A program made the position numbers and the translations under genes. Below are positions 1-8,294 of a stretch of DNA of 32,000 nucleotides, in pieces; within the stretch, counting starts at the first letter, position 1, and each line of letters opens with the position of its first letter. The notes beneath the pieces were generated by a model, which made no database searches, had not been told where the DNA came from, and saw only the letters and a list, made by a program, of their open reading frames with translations. This DNA is from Staphylothermus hellenicus DSM 12710. Lineage in GTDB: Archaea > Thermoproteota > Thermoprotei_A > Sulfolobales > Desulfurococcaceae. The stretch lies in assembly GCF_000092465.1 (NCBI RefSeq), contig NC_014205.1, positions 1,548,348-1,580,347 on the forward strand, in the 5' to 3' direction.

Positions 1-336
1 TATCAATGGCTTATTATAATAGGAAGATAAAAACCTAGCAAGCGATGCTCCAACCCTTAAACATGGACCTAGACCAGGTCCTAGTGCTACAGCTATTGCT
101 GAAACATCTTTTATACTTATACCAGCTGTTCGAAGAGCACTAGTTAATACCTTAGCCGCCACCCTTGTATGATGTAGTGCTGCTTCTCTAGGATGTATAC
201 CGCCTTTTTCCGGGATGTATCTATCATATGTATTCGCTAAGATACGCGTCTCATTAATGGAGGAAACATACTTTACTATTCCTACCCCAAAAGTGTGGCT
301 TGTAGACTCTATTCCCAAAACTATTGTGTTTCTCAT
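1..336 (-). CDS. kae1: tRNA N6-adenosine threonylcarbamoyltransferase Kae1 (TsaD/OSGEP family), N-terminal part only; the gene runs off the left edge of the window
   Basis: Manual translation of the minus strand from ATG at 336-334 gives MRNTIVLGIESTSHTFGVGIVKYVSSINETRILANTYDRYIPEKGGIHPREAALHHTRVAAKVLTSALRTAGISIKDVSAIAVALGPGLGPCLRVGASLARFLSSYYNKPLI. The GIE(S/T)T, GGIHP..AA.HH and GPGLGPCLRVG motifs are typical of Kae1/TsaD. It is not in the ORF track because it is truncated by the window edge. Confidence 0.85.
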   Translation of the reverse strand, partial: MRNTIVLGIESTSHTFGVGIVKYVSSINETRILANTYDRYIPEKGGIHPREAALHHTRVAAKVLTSALRTAGISIKDVSAIAVALGPGLGPCLRVGASLARFLSSYYNKPLI

Positions 337-409
337 ATATTCCACACTAGTTGTTCCCGTATTAAAATATGTGAATTATTTATTTCTCGGTTAAAACAAT
401 GTATGCTAT

Positions 410-574
410 TTATTCCTGTACATATTCTACATATCCACATTTACCGCAGTGCCATCTAGGCACAGGTTTCTTGTGGAACGCCATAAAGCTACCGCATTTG
501 GGGCATTTCTTGTTTTTAGGCTTTATTGTTCCAGTCTTATAGTCGAATATATAGAGTTTATGGACGTACGCCAC
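410..574 (-). CDS. rps27ae: 30S ribosomal protein S27ae (eS31), C4 zinc ribbon, GTG start
   Basis: This ORF is not in the supplied track (54 codons, non-ATG start). Manual translation gives V(M)[53 protein letters not shown]. The CPKCG...CGKCG zinc ribbon is present, and it lies 5 nt downstream of rps24e, the conserved rps24e-rps27ae pair. Confidence 0.85.
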   Translation of the reverse strand: MAYVHKLYIFDYKTGTIKPKNKKCPKCGSFMAFHKKPVPRWHCGKCGYVEYVQE

Positions 575-579
575 TTAGC

Positions 580-972
580 TCACCCCATTCCTTGTTCTTT
601 CATCATTTGTTCTAATTGATAAGATTGAGAAGCATATTCGTTTCTCCTAATAATATGTGGGGGTTCGAATTGTTTTGCTCTCTCAACGCTGTCATATATA
701 TGTATTGTAGCATTTGAAACTCCTAATCCATACTCTGTATTGATTCCTCGAACATAGACCTTCTCGGCTTCTACGCCATATATTTTAGCGGTTTCATGCC
801 TGATAAGGCCTCTTGAAGGAGTACTTTTTCCTATATGAGCTATTCTGATAACTACTTCTCTCCTTTTAACTAGGGGGTTGTATCTATCAACAACTATTTC
901 TCCCGTAAATTCTCCGATCTTGACTGTTTTGCCCACTGCTATGCACGCTCCCCAATATTGTTTTTTTCTCAA
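580..972 (-). CDS. rps24e: 30S ribosomal protein S24e (eS24)
   Basis: Family-typical motifs are KRREVVIRIAHIGKSTPSR and GLGVSNATIHIYDS. The track start at 972 is a TTG. An in-frame GTG at 936 ((M)GKTVKIGEFTGEIVV...) would give a more typical length, so the start is uncertain. Confidence 0.9.
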   Translation of the reverse strand: MRKKQYWGACIAVGKTVKIGEFTGEIVVDRYNPLVKRREVVIRIAHIGKSTPSRGLIRHETAKIYGVEAEKVYVRGINTEYGLGVSNATIHIYDSVERAKQFEPPHIIRRNEYASQSYQLEQMMKEQGMG

Positions 973-984
973 ATACTTTTATTT

Positions 985-1467
985 CTAGACCTTATTATAG
1001 ACAACTATATCTGGTTTAAATGTTTTAAGTATTCTTAATGCTTTGAAACGATTATTTTTAATAATGACTACACCTATATCTGGTTGTCCATAAGCTATAC
1101 TTGTTTCGTTATTTTCTAGTGCATAAGCTAGTGTGACTAGATCCTCTTCTCCTTTAACGATTATTGTTCTATATTTTTTTGCTTTAGCAATAGTTCTAGA
1201 CATTAAGCTCATAGTTCCTCTAGGATTAACCAGGTTTGCAAGGGGTTTTTTAATGATGGATTTAATATTTATGCGTCTACGTGTTTTATAATCTATTATT
1301 CTTATATTTCCTCTTAATGTATTCGAAACAATATCTCCAACTAAAATATGAGCTTCAAGATCTTTTATAGGGTATTTACCAATATATAATGTGCCTTGAG
1401 GACTGCAGAGAATTTTTCTTAGATAAGACTCTGGTTTTAGAACTGGGATAATGAATTTATTCTTCAT
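985..1467 (-). CDS. DUF359 family protein, GTP-dependent dephospho-CoA kinase (archaeal DPCK type)
   Basis: Motifs VGDIVS, IIDYKTRR, VNPRGTMS, VKGEEDLVTLAYAL and AYGQPDIGVVI match the DUF359/COG1909 pattern. The position between spt4 and rps24e is conserved in archaea. Confidence 0.8.
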   Translation of the reverse strand: MKNKFIIPVLKPESYLRKILCSPQGTLYIGKYPIKDLEAHILVGDIVSNTLRGNIRIIDYKTRRRINIKSIIKKPLANLVNPRGTMSLMSRTIAKAKKYRTIIVKGEEDLVTLAYALENNETSIAYGQPDIGVVIIKNNRFKALRILKTFKPDIVVYNKV

Positions 1468-1476
1468 TGTTGATCA

Positions 1477-1683
1477 TTAGGTTACCTTTATAGCGTATCT
1501 ACCGGGCTTTGTGAACCCTAGTATTTTGGCTATTTCAGAGTTCTCCGGATCTATTACGATGATTATTCCCTCCCAATCTTCTGTTAAATCTCTCGAGCCA
1601 CAATGTGGGCATTCAGTAGCATTTTTATCGACTAATGCTCTACATTTCCTACATGCTTTGAAAGGCTTTCTTCTTGCAGGCAT
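1477..1683 (-). CDS. spt4: Transcription elongation factor Spt4 (RpoE'')
   Basis: 68 aa with a zinc ribbon CRKC...CPHCG followed by W.G..IV.DPE.S.IAK. It lies immediately downstream of rpoE'. Confidence 0.9.
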   Translation of the reverse strand: MPARRKPFKACRKCRALVDKNATECPHCGSRDLTEDWEGIIIVIDPENSEIAKILGFTKPGRYAIKVT

Positions 1684-1688
1684 TTCTA

Positions 1689-2246
1689 TCAGCTCTTCTT
1701 TTGTTTTTCAATTTCTTTCTTAATCCATTCTATTTTTCCGAGAAATGGTTGTCTCATAGTTAATTGCACTCTTAATCCCTTACCTGGTAGTGGAGCTACA
1801 TTGTATACTCTAGCTCTAACAGCATCTCCTCTTTCAAGCATTCTCCGCGATTCTCTAAGTATTAGCGCTGGTCTTGTTGGATCATAATCTATTTTTTCAT
1901 CGCTTATTTGATTAATATATATGAATCCGTCTGATGCACCTAGATCAACGAAAGCTCCATGTGCTAGAACAGTATTTATTCTTCCCTCTACAACTTCTTT
2001 AATAAATGGGTAGAATGCTAGAACAGTGAATTCTGCTTTATGATATGTTGCGCCGTCGCCGGGTATTATTTTACCCTGCGGATCAACGTTTACGTCTAGA
2101 ACAGTAACAATAATGCCTAGGTTTTTAGTGATCATTCCTTCATATGTCTGTCTCAGCTCTTCCCATGCTGCTTCCTCTAATGGTTTACTGAATTTTTCCG
2201 GAGGAATTCTTACGACGTCCCTTATCCTATATAGTCTGTAAACCAT
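1689..2246 (-). CDS. rpoE: DNA-directed RNA polymerase subunit E' (Rpo7)
   Basis: 185 aa. The N-terminal Rpb7-like domain (IRDVVRIPPEKF) and the S1 domain (VVEGRINTVLAHGAFVDLGASDGFIYINQISDE) are recognisable. A GGTG Shine-Dalgarno motif lies about 7 nt before the ATG. Confidence 0.92.
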   Translation of the reverse strand: MVYRLYRIRDVVRIPPEKFSKPLEEAAWEELRQTYEGMITKNLGIIVTVLDVNVDPQGKIIPGDGATYHKAEFTVLAFYPFIKEVVEGRINTVLAHGAFVDLGASDGFIYINQISDEKIDYDPTRPALILRESRRMLERGDAVRARVYNVAPLPGKGLRVQLTMRQPFLGKIEWIKKEIEKQKKS

Positions 2247-2358
2247 TTTCTAGCACCGTTAACGCTGTATAAGCATCCACATGAAACAATATTCGCTGAT
2301 TCATACATAAATAGTGTTTCCACCTAATATTCTTAGCTATTATAGCATCAATATTAAT

Positions 2359-2769
2359 CTATACTTCTAAGCCTTCAACCTCTATAATCATACCTTCTTC
2401 TCTAAGATAGATCTCTGGAATACCTATTTCTCGCAACTTTTTCCTCAGTTCTCTATCATTAGTTGCTACTGCAGCATTGTTTTCCGCAGCATACCTGATA
2501 AGTAGATCATCTACTTTTTCCCCCGGCCTTGTTTTGATGTCTACTATTTTACAGAATTTTCTAGCAATTTCTAGTGCGAATCCTGCTTTTCTACGAAGAG
2601 ACGGGGTTCCTTTGTTCATTATTTTTTCTAGTTCCTCAATGACCGGTTTTAAAACTATATATTCTGGTTTTGCCAAGGTTTTTTCTTCTATTTGTTCAAA
2701 AACGTTGATTCCGTTGGCAATTAATAGTAGCATATTTGTATCTAGTAGAATCAATGGCTTCCTAGGCAA
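2359..2769 (-). CDS. PIN-domain nuclease, Fcf1/Utp24-like (COG1412)
   Basis: LLDTN near the N-terminus and AVATNDRELRKKL near the C-terminus are PIN acidic motifs. The gene sits in the conserved archaeal position between aIF2-gamma and rpoE'. Confidence 0.85.
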   Translation of the reverse strand: MPRKPLILLDTNMLLLIANGINVFEQIEEKTLAKPEYIVLKPVIEELEKIMNKGTPSLRRKAGFALEIARKFCKIVDIKTRPGEKVDDLLIRYAAENNAAVATNDRELRKKLREIGIPEIYLREEGMIIEVEGLEV

Positions 2770-2788
2770 TGTGTTTAAGACCTCGTTT

Positions 2789-4042
2789 CTAGCTTGATGC
2801 TTCTTCTACTATACCCCATCCAGCCAGTCTCCATCTTCCAAGAACTCTTCTACTAATAGCTATTCTGGAGCCTTCCCATGCAACGATTGGTTCTCTAAGA
2901 TTTATTTCTATAGTATCGCTTGTTACATTACGAACTATTCCTACACGAATAGCTGTACCTGCTGTTATAACAACAACTTCTCCCCTACTAATCGGTTTGG
3001 TTTTGATCATTTCCTTCATTCCAACGACTCTTTGCAGAAGCTTGTAGCGAGCCTTGATATGGGATGTGACAGGTGGTAGATGACCTGGTTTTCCAACTAT
3101 ATTACCTATTAATGCATCTGATTTTGTAAGTGATGGATCAAGCTTTGTCCCTATAGCTAGTAATCCCCCCGGCTTAGCTTCTTTAACACTTAAATTACCA
3201 AATTTTAAACTAACTACTTCGCTAATAATTGGTTCATATCTATATCTACCCTTACCCGACCCTATAGGTACTCTTATTCCAGGCCTAATCTCGATTTCAT
3301 CTCCTACTCGTATAACACCCTGCATTAATGAGCCTCCAATTACTCCTCCTTTTAAATCCTCTGGTTTTGTTCCCGGTTTGTTTACGTCAAAGCTTCTAGC
3401 TACATACATTAATGGAGGTTTAGATAAGTCTCTCTTAGGAGTCGGTATTTCTTCCTGCATTGCTTGTAGTAAAGCATCTATGTTGGCCTTATGTAACGCA
3501 CTAACTGGGATTGTTGGCGCGTTTTCAGCCCATGTTTCCTTTACAAATTTCTTTATTTCCCTATAGTTTTCCAGTGCTCTTTCCTTAGATACTACATCTA
3601 TTTTGTTCTGAACAATTACTAGGTTTCTAACACCTATTATATCGAGTGCTACGAAGTGTTCTAGTGTCTGGGGCTGTGGACAGGGCTCATTAGCTGCTAT
3701 TACAAGTAATGCTCCATCCATTAATGCTGCTCCACTAAGCATAGTTGCCATTAAAGCTTCGTGTCCTGGTGCATCAACGTAGCTGACTCTTCTCAGAAGT
3801 TTTGATTCTGAGCCATCTGGGCATGTTTGTTCAGTAGTGTATGCTTCGGGGGGTTCTAGGTTTTCACAGCATGCTATATTTCCATCAGCGTATCCTAAAC
3901 GAATAGTCATCCCTCTTTTCAATTCTTCGCTGTGCCTAGCAGTCCATATACCTGTTAATGCTTGTACAAGAGTTGTCTTACCATGATCAACATGTCCTAC
4001 AACACCAATGTTTACTTCAGGTTGTCTCATCTCCCAAGGCAA
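2789..4042 (-). CDS. eif2g: Translation initiation factor aIF2 gamma subunit
   Basis: GTPase motifs are GHVDHGKTT, DAPGH and NKID, plus a zinc knuckle region. The track start at 4042 is a TTG with GGAGGTG 10 nt upstream. An alternative ATG lies at 4030 (MRQPEVNIG...). Confidence 0.95.
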   Translation of the reverse strand: MPWEMRQPEVNIGVVGHVDHGKTTLVQALTGIWTARHSEELKRGMTIRLGYADGNIACCENLEPPEAYTTEQTCPDGSESKLLRRVSYVDAPGHEALMATMLSGAALMDGALLVIAANEPCPQPQTLEHFVALDIIGVRNLVIVQNKIDVVSKERALENYREIKKFVKETWAENAPTIPVSALHKANIDALLQAMQEEIPTPKRDLSKPPLMYVARSFDVNKPGTKPEDLKGGVIGGSLMQGVIRVGDEIEIRPGIRVPIGSGKGRYRYEPIISEVVSLKFGNLSVKEAKPGGLLAIGTKLDPSLTKSDALIGNIVGKPGHLPPVTSHIKARYKLLQRVVGMKEMIKTKPISRGEVVVITAGTAIRVGIVRNVTSDTIEINLREPIVAWEGSRIAISRRVLGRWRLAGWGIVEEASS

Positions 4043-4123
4043 TATTCATATACACCTCCAAATCAATGATACGGGAAAAATATTGGAAAACAAAACAATG
4101 CTCTTTAATAAATAATATCATTC

Positions 4124-4774
4124 TTAAACATATTTAATTACTGTATTGATCTGGACAATATCTTCGGTAATAGTGTTTCCGCGAACCATTTTTCTCCTAC
4201 GTTCTCCCTTCTCTCTCGGATGGAAGCCTGGAGGACCAGATAATAATACTCTCTTCTTCACGCCGCCCATTACATCTGGTCTCATCGGGAAGCCGCTATT
4301 ATCGCTTCCACCTCTTATTTTTAATTTAGCGTTTCTAAGTCCTACTATTGAACCATCAAATTCGTCTCCAATTTTTAATCCTATAAGTAATTTTGTCCTA
4401 TCATCATTTATTCTAATCTGCCATGCTCTAGCTCTGAAGAGTTCTCCCTCCAACTCGTTCGTACCAGTCGCATTAACTAGTTGTTCAGCATTCACTCTAA
4501 CCTCATTTTCTGGGATGTTATCGTCCACGACAACTCTGCCGGTAATCTTAACTTTATCTTTAGTGCCGGGCTTATACATTCTTATAGTTGCTACACCATG
4601 AACTGCTTTTATTTTCTCAGCTGTTTTACTATTCATTTTCAATATTGGCAGTTCGAATCCTTCCTTCACTTTCTCATCAAACTTTATCTCGGGATCTCCA
4701 ACTACTCTAACTTTTACTGCGGCTTCTTCTTTTGGAGCCTGGGGATCGGATATTACTATTTTGAAATCAGCCAT
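4124..4774 (-). CDS. rps6e: 30S ribosomal protein S6e (eS6), long crenarchaeal form
   Basis: FKIVISDP, GFPMRPDV, GPPGFHP and GERRRKMVRGN motifs are present. A GAGGTG Shine-Dalgarno motif lies 8 nt upstream of the ATG. Confidence 0.93.
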   Translation of the reverse strand: MADFKIVISDPQAPKEEAAVKVRVVGDPEIKFDEKVKEGFELPILKMNSKTAEKIKAVHGVATIRMYKPGTKDKVKITGRVVVDDNIPENEVRVNAEQLVNATGTNELEGELFRARAWQIRINDDRTKLLIGLKIGDEFDGSIVGLRNAKLKIRGGSDNSGFPMRPDVMGGVKKRVLLSGPPGFHPREKGERRRKMVRGNTITEDIVQINTVIKYV

Positions 4775-4911
4775 CTATATACACCTCGCCACCAGTTTCC
4801 CGGTGGATACCGTGTTATATGGGGACTGAAACATATAACATTGCTTTTGCAATGTTTAATATATTTTGTTTCATCATAGCTTTTATATATGTTTTGTCTA
4901 GCCATGGTGTT

Positions 4912-5004
4912 TGATGATGAAATATGGGCCCGCGTCTGATATGTAGGGGTAGGGTAGAGCCTGTTTAAGCACTGAACTGATTTAATATTTCTACCCCTAC
5001 ATAG
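4912..5004 (+). ncRNA. Candidate structured small RNA of unknown class (C-box/D-box-like motifs plus a 13-bp hairpin)
   Basis: A TTTTATATAT element at 4881-4890 lies about 23 nt upstream of UGAUGAUGA (4912-4920). A GC-rich 15-mer AAUAUGGGCCCGCGU follows, then CUGA (4936-4939). A perfect 13-bp inverted repeat pairs tatgtaggggtag (4940-4952) with ctacccctacata (4991-5003). It encloses a 38-nt loop containing CUGA twice (4972-4975 and 4977-4980). The box spacing is not canonical and no convincing C' box is present. Confidence 0.25.
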
Positions 5005-5173
5005 TATTCCACAATTATTTATTAACCATTGCTTTAAAGGTTCCTATAGTTTTCGAATAAGTGTTGGATATGAGAAATTGATAATGTATGGCTTGAATAA
5101 AGCATTTATTATTCATGGTATATGCGGTAATTTCAATAAGTAACCAAACCATAAATAGAAATAAGTATTTAGG

Positions 5174-7015
5174 GTGGGAAAGATGAGTAATGATGTAAGT
5201 AATGTAGATTCTAGAAAATCATGGATTAGGCAGCCAATAGTTGTTGTGCTGGGACATGTTGATCATGGTAAGACAACTCTGCTAGACAAGATTAGGGGAA
5301 CAGCTGTTACTAAGAAAGAACCAGGCGAGATAACCCAGCATGTTGGAGCAAGTATTGTTCCAGCATCTGTTCTTAGAAAAGTCGCGGAGCCATTGAAAAA
5401 ATATTTTCCAAAGGTTAAAATAGAAATTCCCGGACTATTATTTGTTGATACTCCGGGACACGAATTATTCAGTAATCTTAGGAGAAGAGGAGGTAGTGTA
5501 GCTGATATAGCAATACTAGTAGTAGATATAATGGAAGGATTCAAGCCGCAAACATGGGAAAGCATACAGATACTGAAAGAAAGAAAAGTCCCCTTCATAG
5601 TAGCAGCTAATAAAATAGATAGAATCCCGGGCTGGAAATCCAACCCTGATCAACCATTCTTAGAAACTATAAGAAAACAAAGCCCACACATTGTTAACAG
5701 GCTCGAAGAACTAATATATAGGCTTATCTCTCAACTCTATGAAGCAGGATTTATGGCTGAAAGATTTGATAGAGTAAAAGATTTTAGAACAACAGTGGCA
5801 ATAGTGCCTGTATCAGCTAAAACAGGCGAAGGCGTTCCAGAACTACTAGCTCTACTAACTGGTCTTGTCCAGAGATTTATGAAGAAAAGACTAGTTACAA
5901 GCGATGAACCCGGTAAGGGTGTTGTTTTAGAGGTTAAAGAAGAACCTGGTCTTGGAACAACAATAGATGTAATCATATATGATGGTGTAATACATAGGGG
6001 GGACACAATTGTTGTTGGAGGCAAAGATAAACCAATAGTTACAAAAGTAAGAGCATTGTTAATGCCTAGACCACTACAAGATATGAGAGCACATGAAGGA
6101 AAATTTGTTAGTGTTGAACAAGTAGTTGCTGCTACAGGTGTAAAGATTTCAGCTCCAGACCTAGATGATGCGCTTGCTGGCTCACCAATATTCGTTGTTT
6201 CCTCAGAGGATAAGTTAGAGGAGTATATTAAACTTGTGAGAGAAGAAATAGAGTCCATTAGAATAAAGACAGACAACATAGGTGTTGTAGTAAAAGCTGA
6301 TACTCTAGGAACACTAGAAGCAGTTGTTGAAGCTTTGAAGAGAGAAAACATACCAGTTAGACTAGCAGATGTTGGCCCTGTTTCTAAAAATGATGTTCTA
6401 GAAGCTTCTGTTTCTGAAAAACAAAGACCTGAATATGGAGTCATAATAGTTTTCAACGTTAAAGTACTACATGAAGCCGAAGAATACGCTGCTAGAGAAA
6501 ACGTTAAGATCTTTAGACACAATATTATCTATAAACTTATAGAAGACTATATTGGATGGGTTAAACAGCTTCGCGAACAAGAAAAAGCTAAGGAGCTAGA
6601 ATCTCTTATTAGACCAGGTAAAATACGTATATTGCCAGGCTATATTTTCAGAAGAAGCAACCCTGCAATTGTCGGGGTAGAAGTTATTGGTGGAGTTATA
6701 AAGCCGGGATATCCGTTGATGAGAAAAGACGGTATGAGACTGGGCACAATTATGCAAATACGTGATAGAGATAATGTATTAAAAGAAGCACGTACAGGTC
6801 AAGCGGTCGCTATAAGTATCCGCGGCAGAATACTTGTGGGAAGACATGTTGATGAAGGAGACATATTATATACTGATATACCTAAACAACACGCACATTT
6901 ATGGCTTACAAAATACAAAAATGAATTAAGCGATGACGAGAAAATGGTTCTTAAAGAAATAATTGAGATCAAAAAGAAACAAGATCCGTTCTACGGCTTA
7001 GTATTTGGTGGCTGA
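5174..7015 (+). CDS. infB: Translation initiation factor aIF5B (IF2 homologue)
   Basis: GHVDHGKTTLLD, DTPGH and NKID GTPase motifs are present, and the domain length is typical (about 600 aa). The GTG at 5174 is part of a GGGTGGG Shine-Dalgarno-like motif. The real start is probably the ATG at 5183 (MSNDVSN...). Confidence 0.95.
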   Translation: MGKMSNDVSNVDSRKSWIRQPIVVVLGHVDHGKTTLLDKIRGTAVTKKEPGEITQHVGASIVPASVLRKVAEPLKKYFPKVKIEIPGLLFVDTPGHELFSNLRRRGGSVADIAILVVDIMEGFKPQTWESIQILKERKVPFIVAANKIDRIPGWKSNPDQPFLETIRKQSPHIVNRLEELIYRLISQLYEAGFMAERFDRVKDFRTTVAIVPVSAKTGEGVPELLALLTGLVQRFMKKRLVTSDEPGKGVVLEVKEEPGLGTTIDVIIYDGVIHRGDTIVVGGKDKPIVTKVRALLMPRPLQDMRAHEGKFVSVEQVVAATGVKISAPDLDDALAGSPIFVVSSEDKLEEYIKLVREEIESIRIKTDNIGVVVKADTLGTLEAVVEALKRENIPVRLADVGPVSKNDVLEASVSEKQRPEYGVIIVFNVKVLHEAEEYAARENVKIFRHNIIYKLIEDYIGWVKQLREQEKAKELESLIRPGKIRILPGYIFRRSNPAIVGVEVIGGVIKPGYPLMRKDGMRLGTIMQIRDRDNVLKEARTGQAVAISIRGRILVGRHVDEGDILYTDIPKQHAHLWLTKYKNELSDDEKMVLKEIIEIKKKQDPFYGLVFGG

Positions 7016-7025
7016 ATATAATTAT

Positions 7026-7451
7026 TTACCAATCTATTATTTCATCATCCTTAAAAATAACTCCTATCTCTCTCACAGCGCTCTCAGGGCTATCACTTGC
7101 ATGAACAACATTTTGGGATTTAGATAATGAATAGTCGCCGCGAATAGTTCCAGGAGGAGCTTCTCTACCATCTGTTGGCCCAATCATTTTCCTAACAACA
7201 CTAATAGCCATATCACCCTCGAGAACCATAGCGATAATGGGTCCCGAAGTCATAAACTCTATTAGGGACTCGAAGAAAGGTTTTCCTCTATGAACACTAT
7301 AGAATTCCTCGGCTTTGTCTCTTGTAAGCCAAAGCATTTTTAATGCTTTAATCTTTAAGCCTTTCCTTTCAAATCTAGATATGATTTCTCCAATTAATCC
7401 TCTCCTAACACCATCTGGTTTTATTAGAACAAGAGTTCTCTCAATACTCAA
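7026..7451 (-). CDS. ndk: Nucleoside diphosphate kinase
   Basis: [27 protein letters not shown] and NVVHASDS (catalytic His) are present. Confidence 0.95.
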   Translation of the reverse strand: MSIERTLVLIKPDGVRRGLIGEIISRFERKGLKIKALKMLWLTRDKAEEFYSVHRGKPFFESLIEFMTSGPIIAMVLEGDMAISVVRKMIGPTDGREAPPGTIRGDYSLSKSQNVVHASDSPESAVREIGVIFKDDEIIDW

Positions 7452-7472
7452 TCTTGATCACTCCATCATTAA

Positions 7473-7661
7473 TTATTTGGTTTGCGAACCATATTTAAGC
7501 GTCCATTTCAGTTTTCTAGGATCTCTTCTCAGCAATAAATAGTTCTTGAAACATTTACGACTACAAAACCATAGTATAGAGCCGTCATTCCTTACATACA
7601 TTACTCCTGTTCCAGGCTCTATTTCGCGTCCACAAAAACTACATTTTACCATGCGAGGCAT
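7473..7661 (-). CDS. rpl24e: 50S ribosomal protein L24e (eL24)
   Basis: The sequence [31 protein letters not shown] is diagnostic. The track ORF extends to 7688. The ATG at 7661 ([11 protein letters not shown]) is preceded by GGTGGAG at 6-nt spacing and gives the typical length. Confidence 0.9.
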   Translation of the reverse strand: MPRMVKCSFCGREIEPGTGVMYVRNDGSILWFCSRKCFKNYLLLRRDPRKLKWTLKYGSQTK

Positions 7662-7846
7662 TGTTTTCTCCACCACTCCATAAAGCATTCATTGTCTACA
7701 GTATTTCACTATCGGGAAATACAATTGTAGAGTATTTTAAGTTTTATCGTAAACCTTATAAAAACGTATCTCCTACACCAAATTTGAACAATTAACTGTT
7801 TGGAGCGGAACATAAAAATTAACTAGTTATACAAGGTGTATAGGTT

Positions 7847-8116
7847 TTGAGCGGTGAAGAAGCAAAGAAAAAAATTGTGGCTGAGCAACCCGAGGTAAAC
7901 ATAATCGAAGAAATAGGTTTTCCAGCGGAGGTAATCCAAATAGTTGGCAGAACAGGTGTAACCGGGGAAATAATACAGGTTCGTGTAAGAGTATTAGAGG
8001 GGAGAGATAAAGGAAGAATAATTACTAGAAACGTCAAAGGCCCAGTGAGGCTTGGAGACATTTTAATACTCAGAGAAACAGAGAGGGAAGCCAGAAAACT
8101 AAGCGGTAGAAGATAA
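7847..8116 (+). CDS. rps28e: 30S ribosomal protein S28e (eS28)
   Basis: The sequence [60 protein letters not shown] is near-consensus S28e. The start is a TTG at 7847 with AGGTG (7834-7838) 8 nt upstream. The N-terminal extension is about 20 aa longer than most homologues. Confidence 0.9.
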   Translation: MSGEEAKKKIVAEQPEVNIIEEIGFPAEVIQIVGRTGVTGEIIQVRVRVLEGRDKGRIITRNVKGPVRLGDILILRETEREARKLSGRR

Positions 8117-8118
8117 GG

Positions 8119-8123
8119 TTTTT
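8119..8123 (+). terminator. Oligo-T tract directly after the rps28e stop codon (putative archaeal terminator)
   Basis: The sequence reads TAA GG TTTTT C. Archaeal RNA polymerase terminates at oligo-T runs. Confidence 0.3.
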
Positions 8124-8210
8124 CATCAACATAACATTATCCTAATCTAAATTCTGAATTATTAAGAAAACGTTTTCTACGAGAAAACATAGGTAATTAT
8201 ATTTTTATGT

Positions 8211-8239
8211 AAAAAATATTGTGAAACAACTATTGTTTC
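8211..8239 (-). terminator. Hairpin plus T6 tract downstream of rpl7ae (putative terminator)
   Basis: The minus strand reads GAAACAA-UAG-UUGUUUC (7-bp stem), followed by ACAAUAUUUUUU, 56-84 nt after the rpl7ae stop. Confidence 0.35.
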
Positions 8240-8294
8240 TTCCTCTTCTATAATGTCCGAATCAGCTAATAGCCTGCTTATAATTTATCAGAGG

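Noticed and set aside
4914-4980. Canonical C/D box sRNA interpretation of the 4.9-kb element
   Set aside because: The C box and CUGA motifs exist, but the C-to-D' spacing is 15 nt. No acceptable C' box sits 12 nt upstream of either terminal CUGA. It is kept only as an unclassified structured-RNA candidate.
4925-5005. Split or intron-containing tRNA half, suggested by GGGCCCGCG and GGUAGAGC, which resemble tRNA acceptor and D-arm sequence
   Set aside because: I could not build a D stem, an anticodon stem-loop or a BHB motif. No T arm or complementary acceptor strand is present. The resemblance is limited to short GC-rich words.
5737-6522. 261-aa minus-strand ORF antisense to infB, and the similar ORF at 5263-5643
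   Set aside because: These are shadow ORFs. Their composition is Ser/Thr/Leu-rich and low-complexity, they have no recognisable motifs, and they are fully contained in a confidently identified GTPase gene on the other strand.
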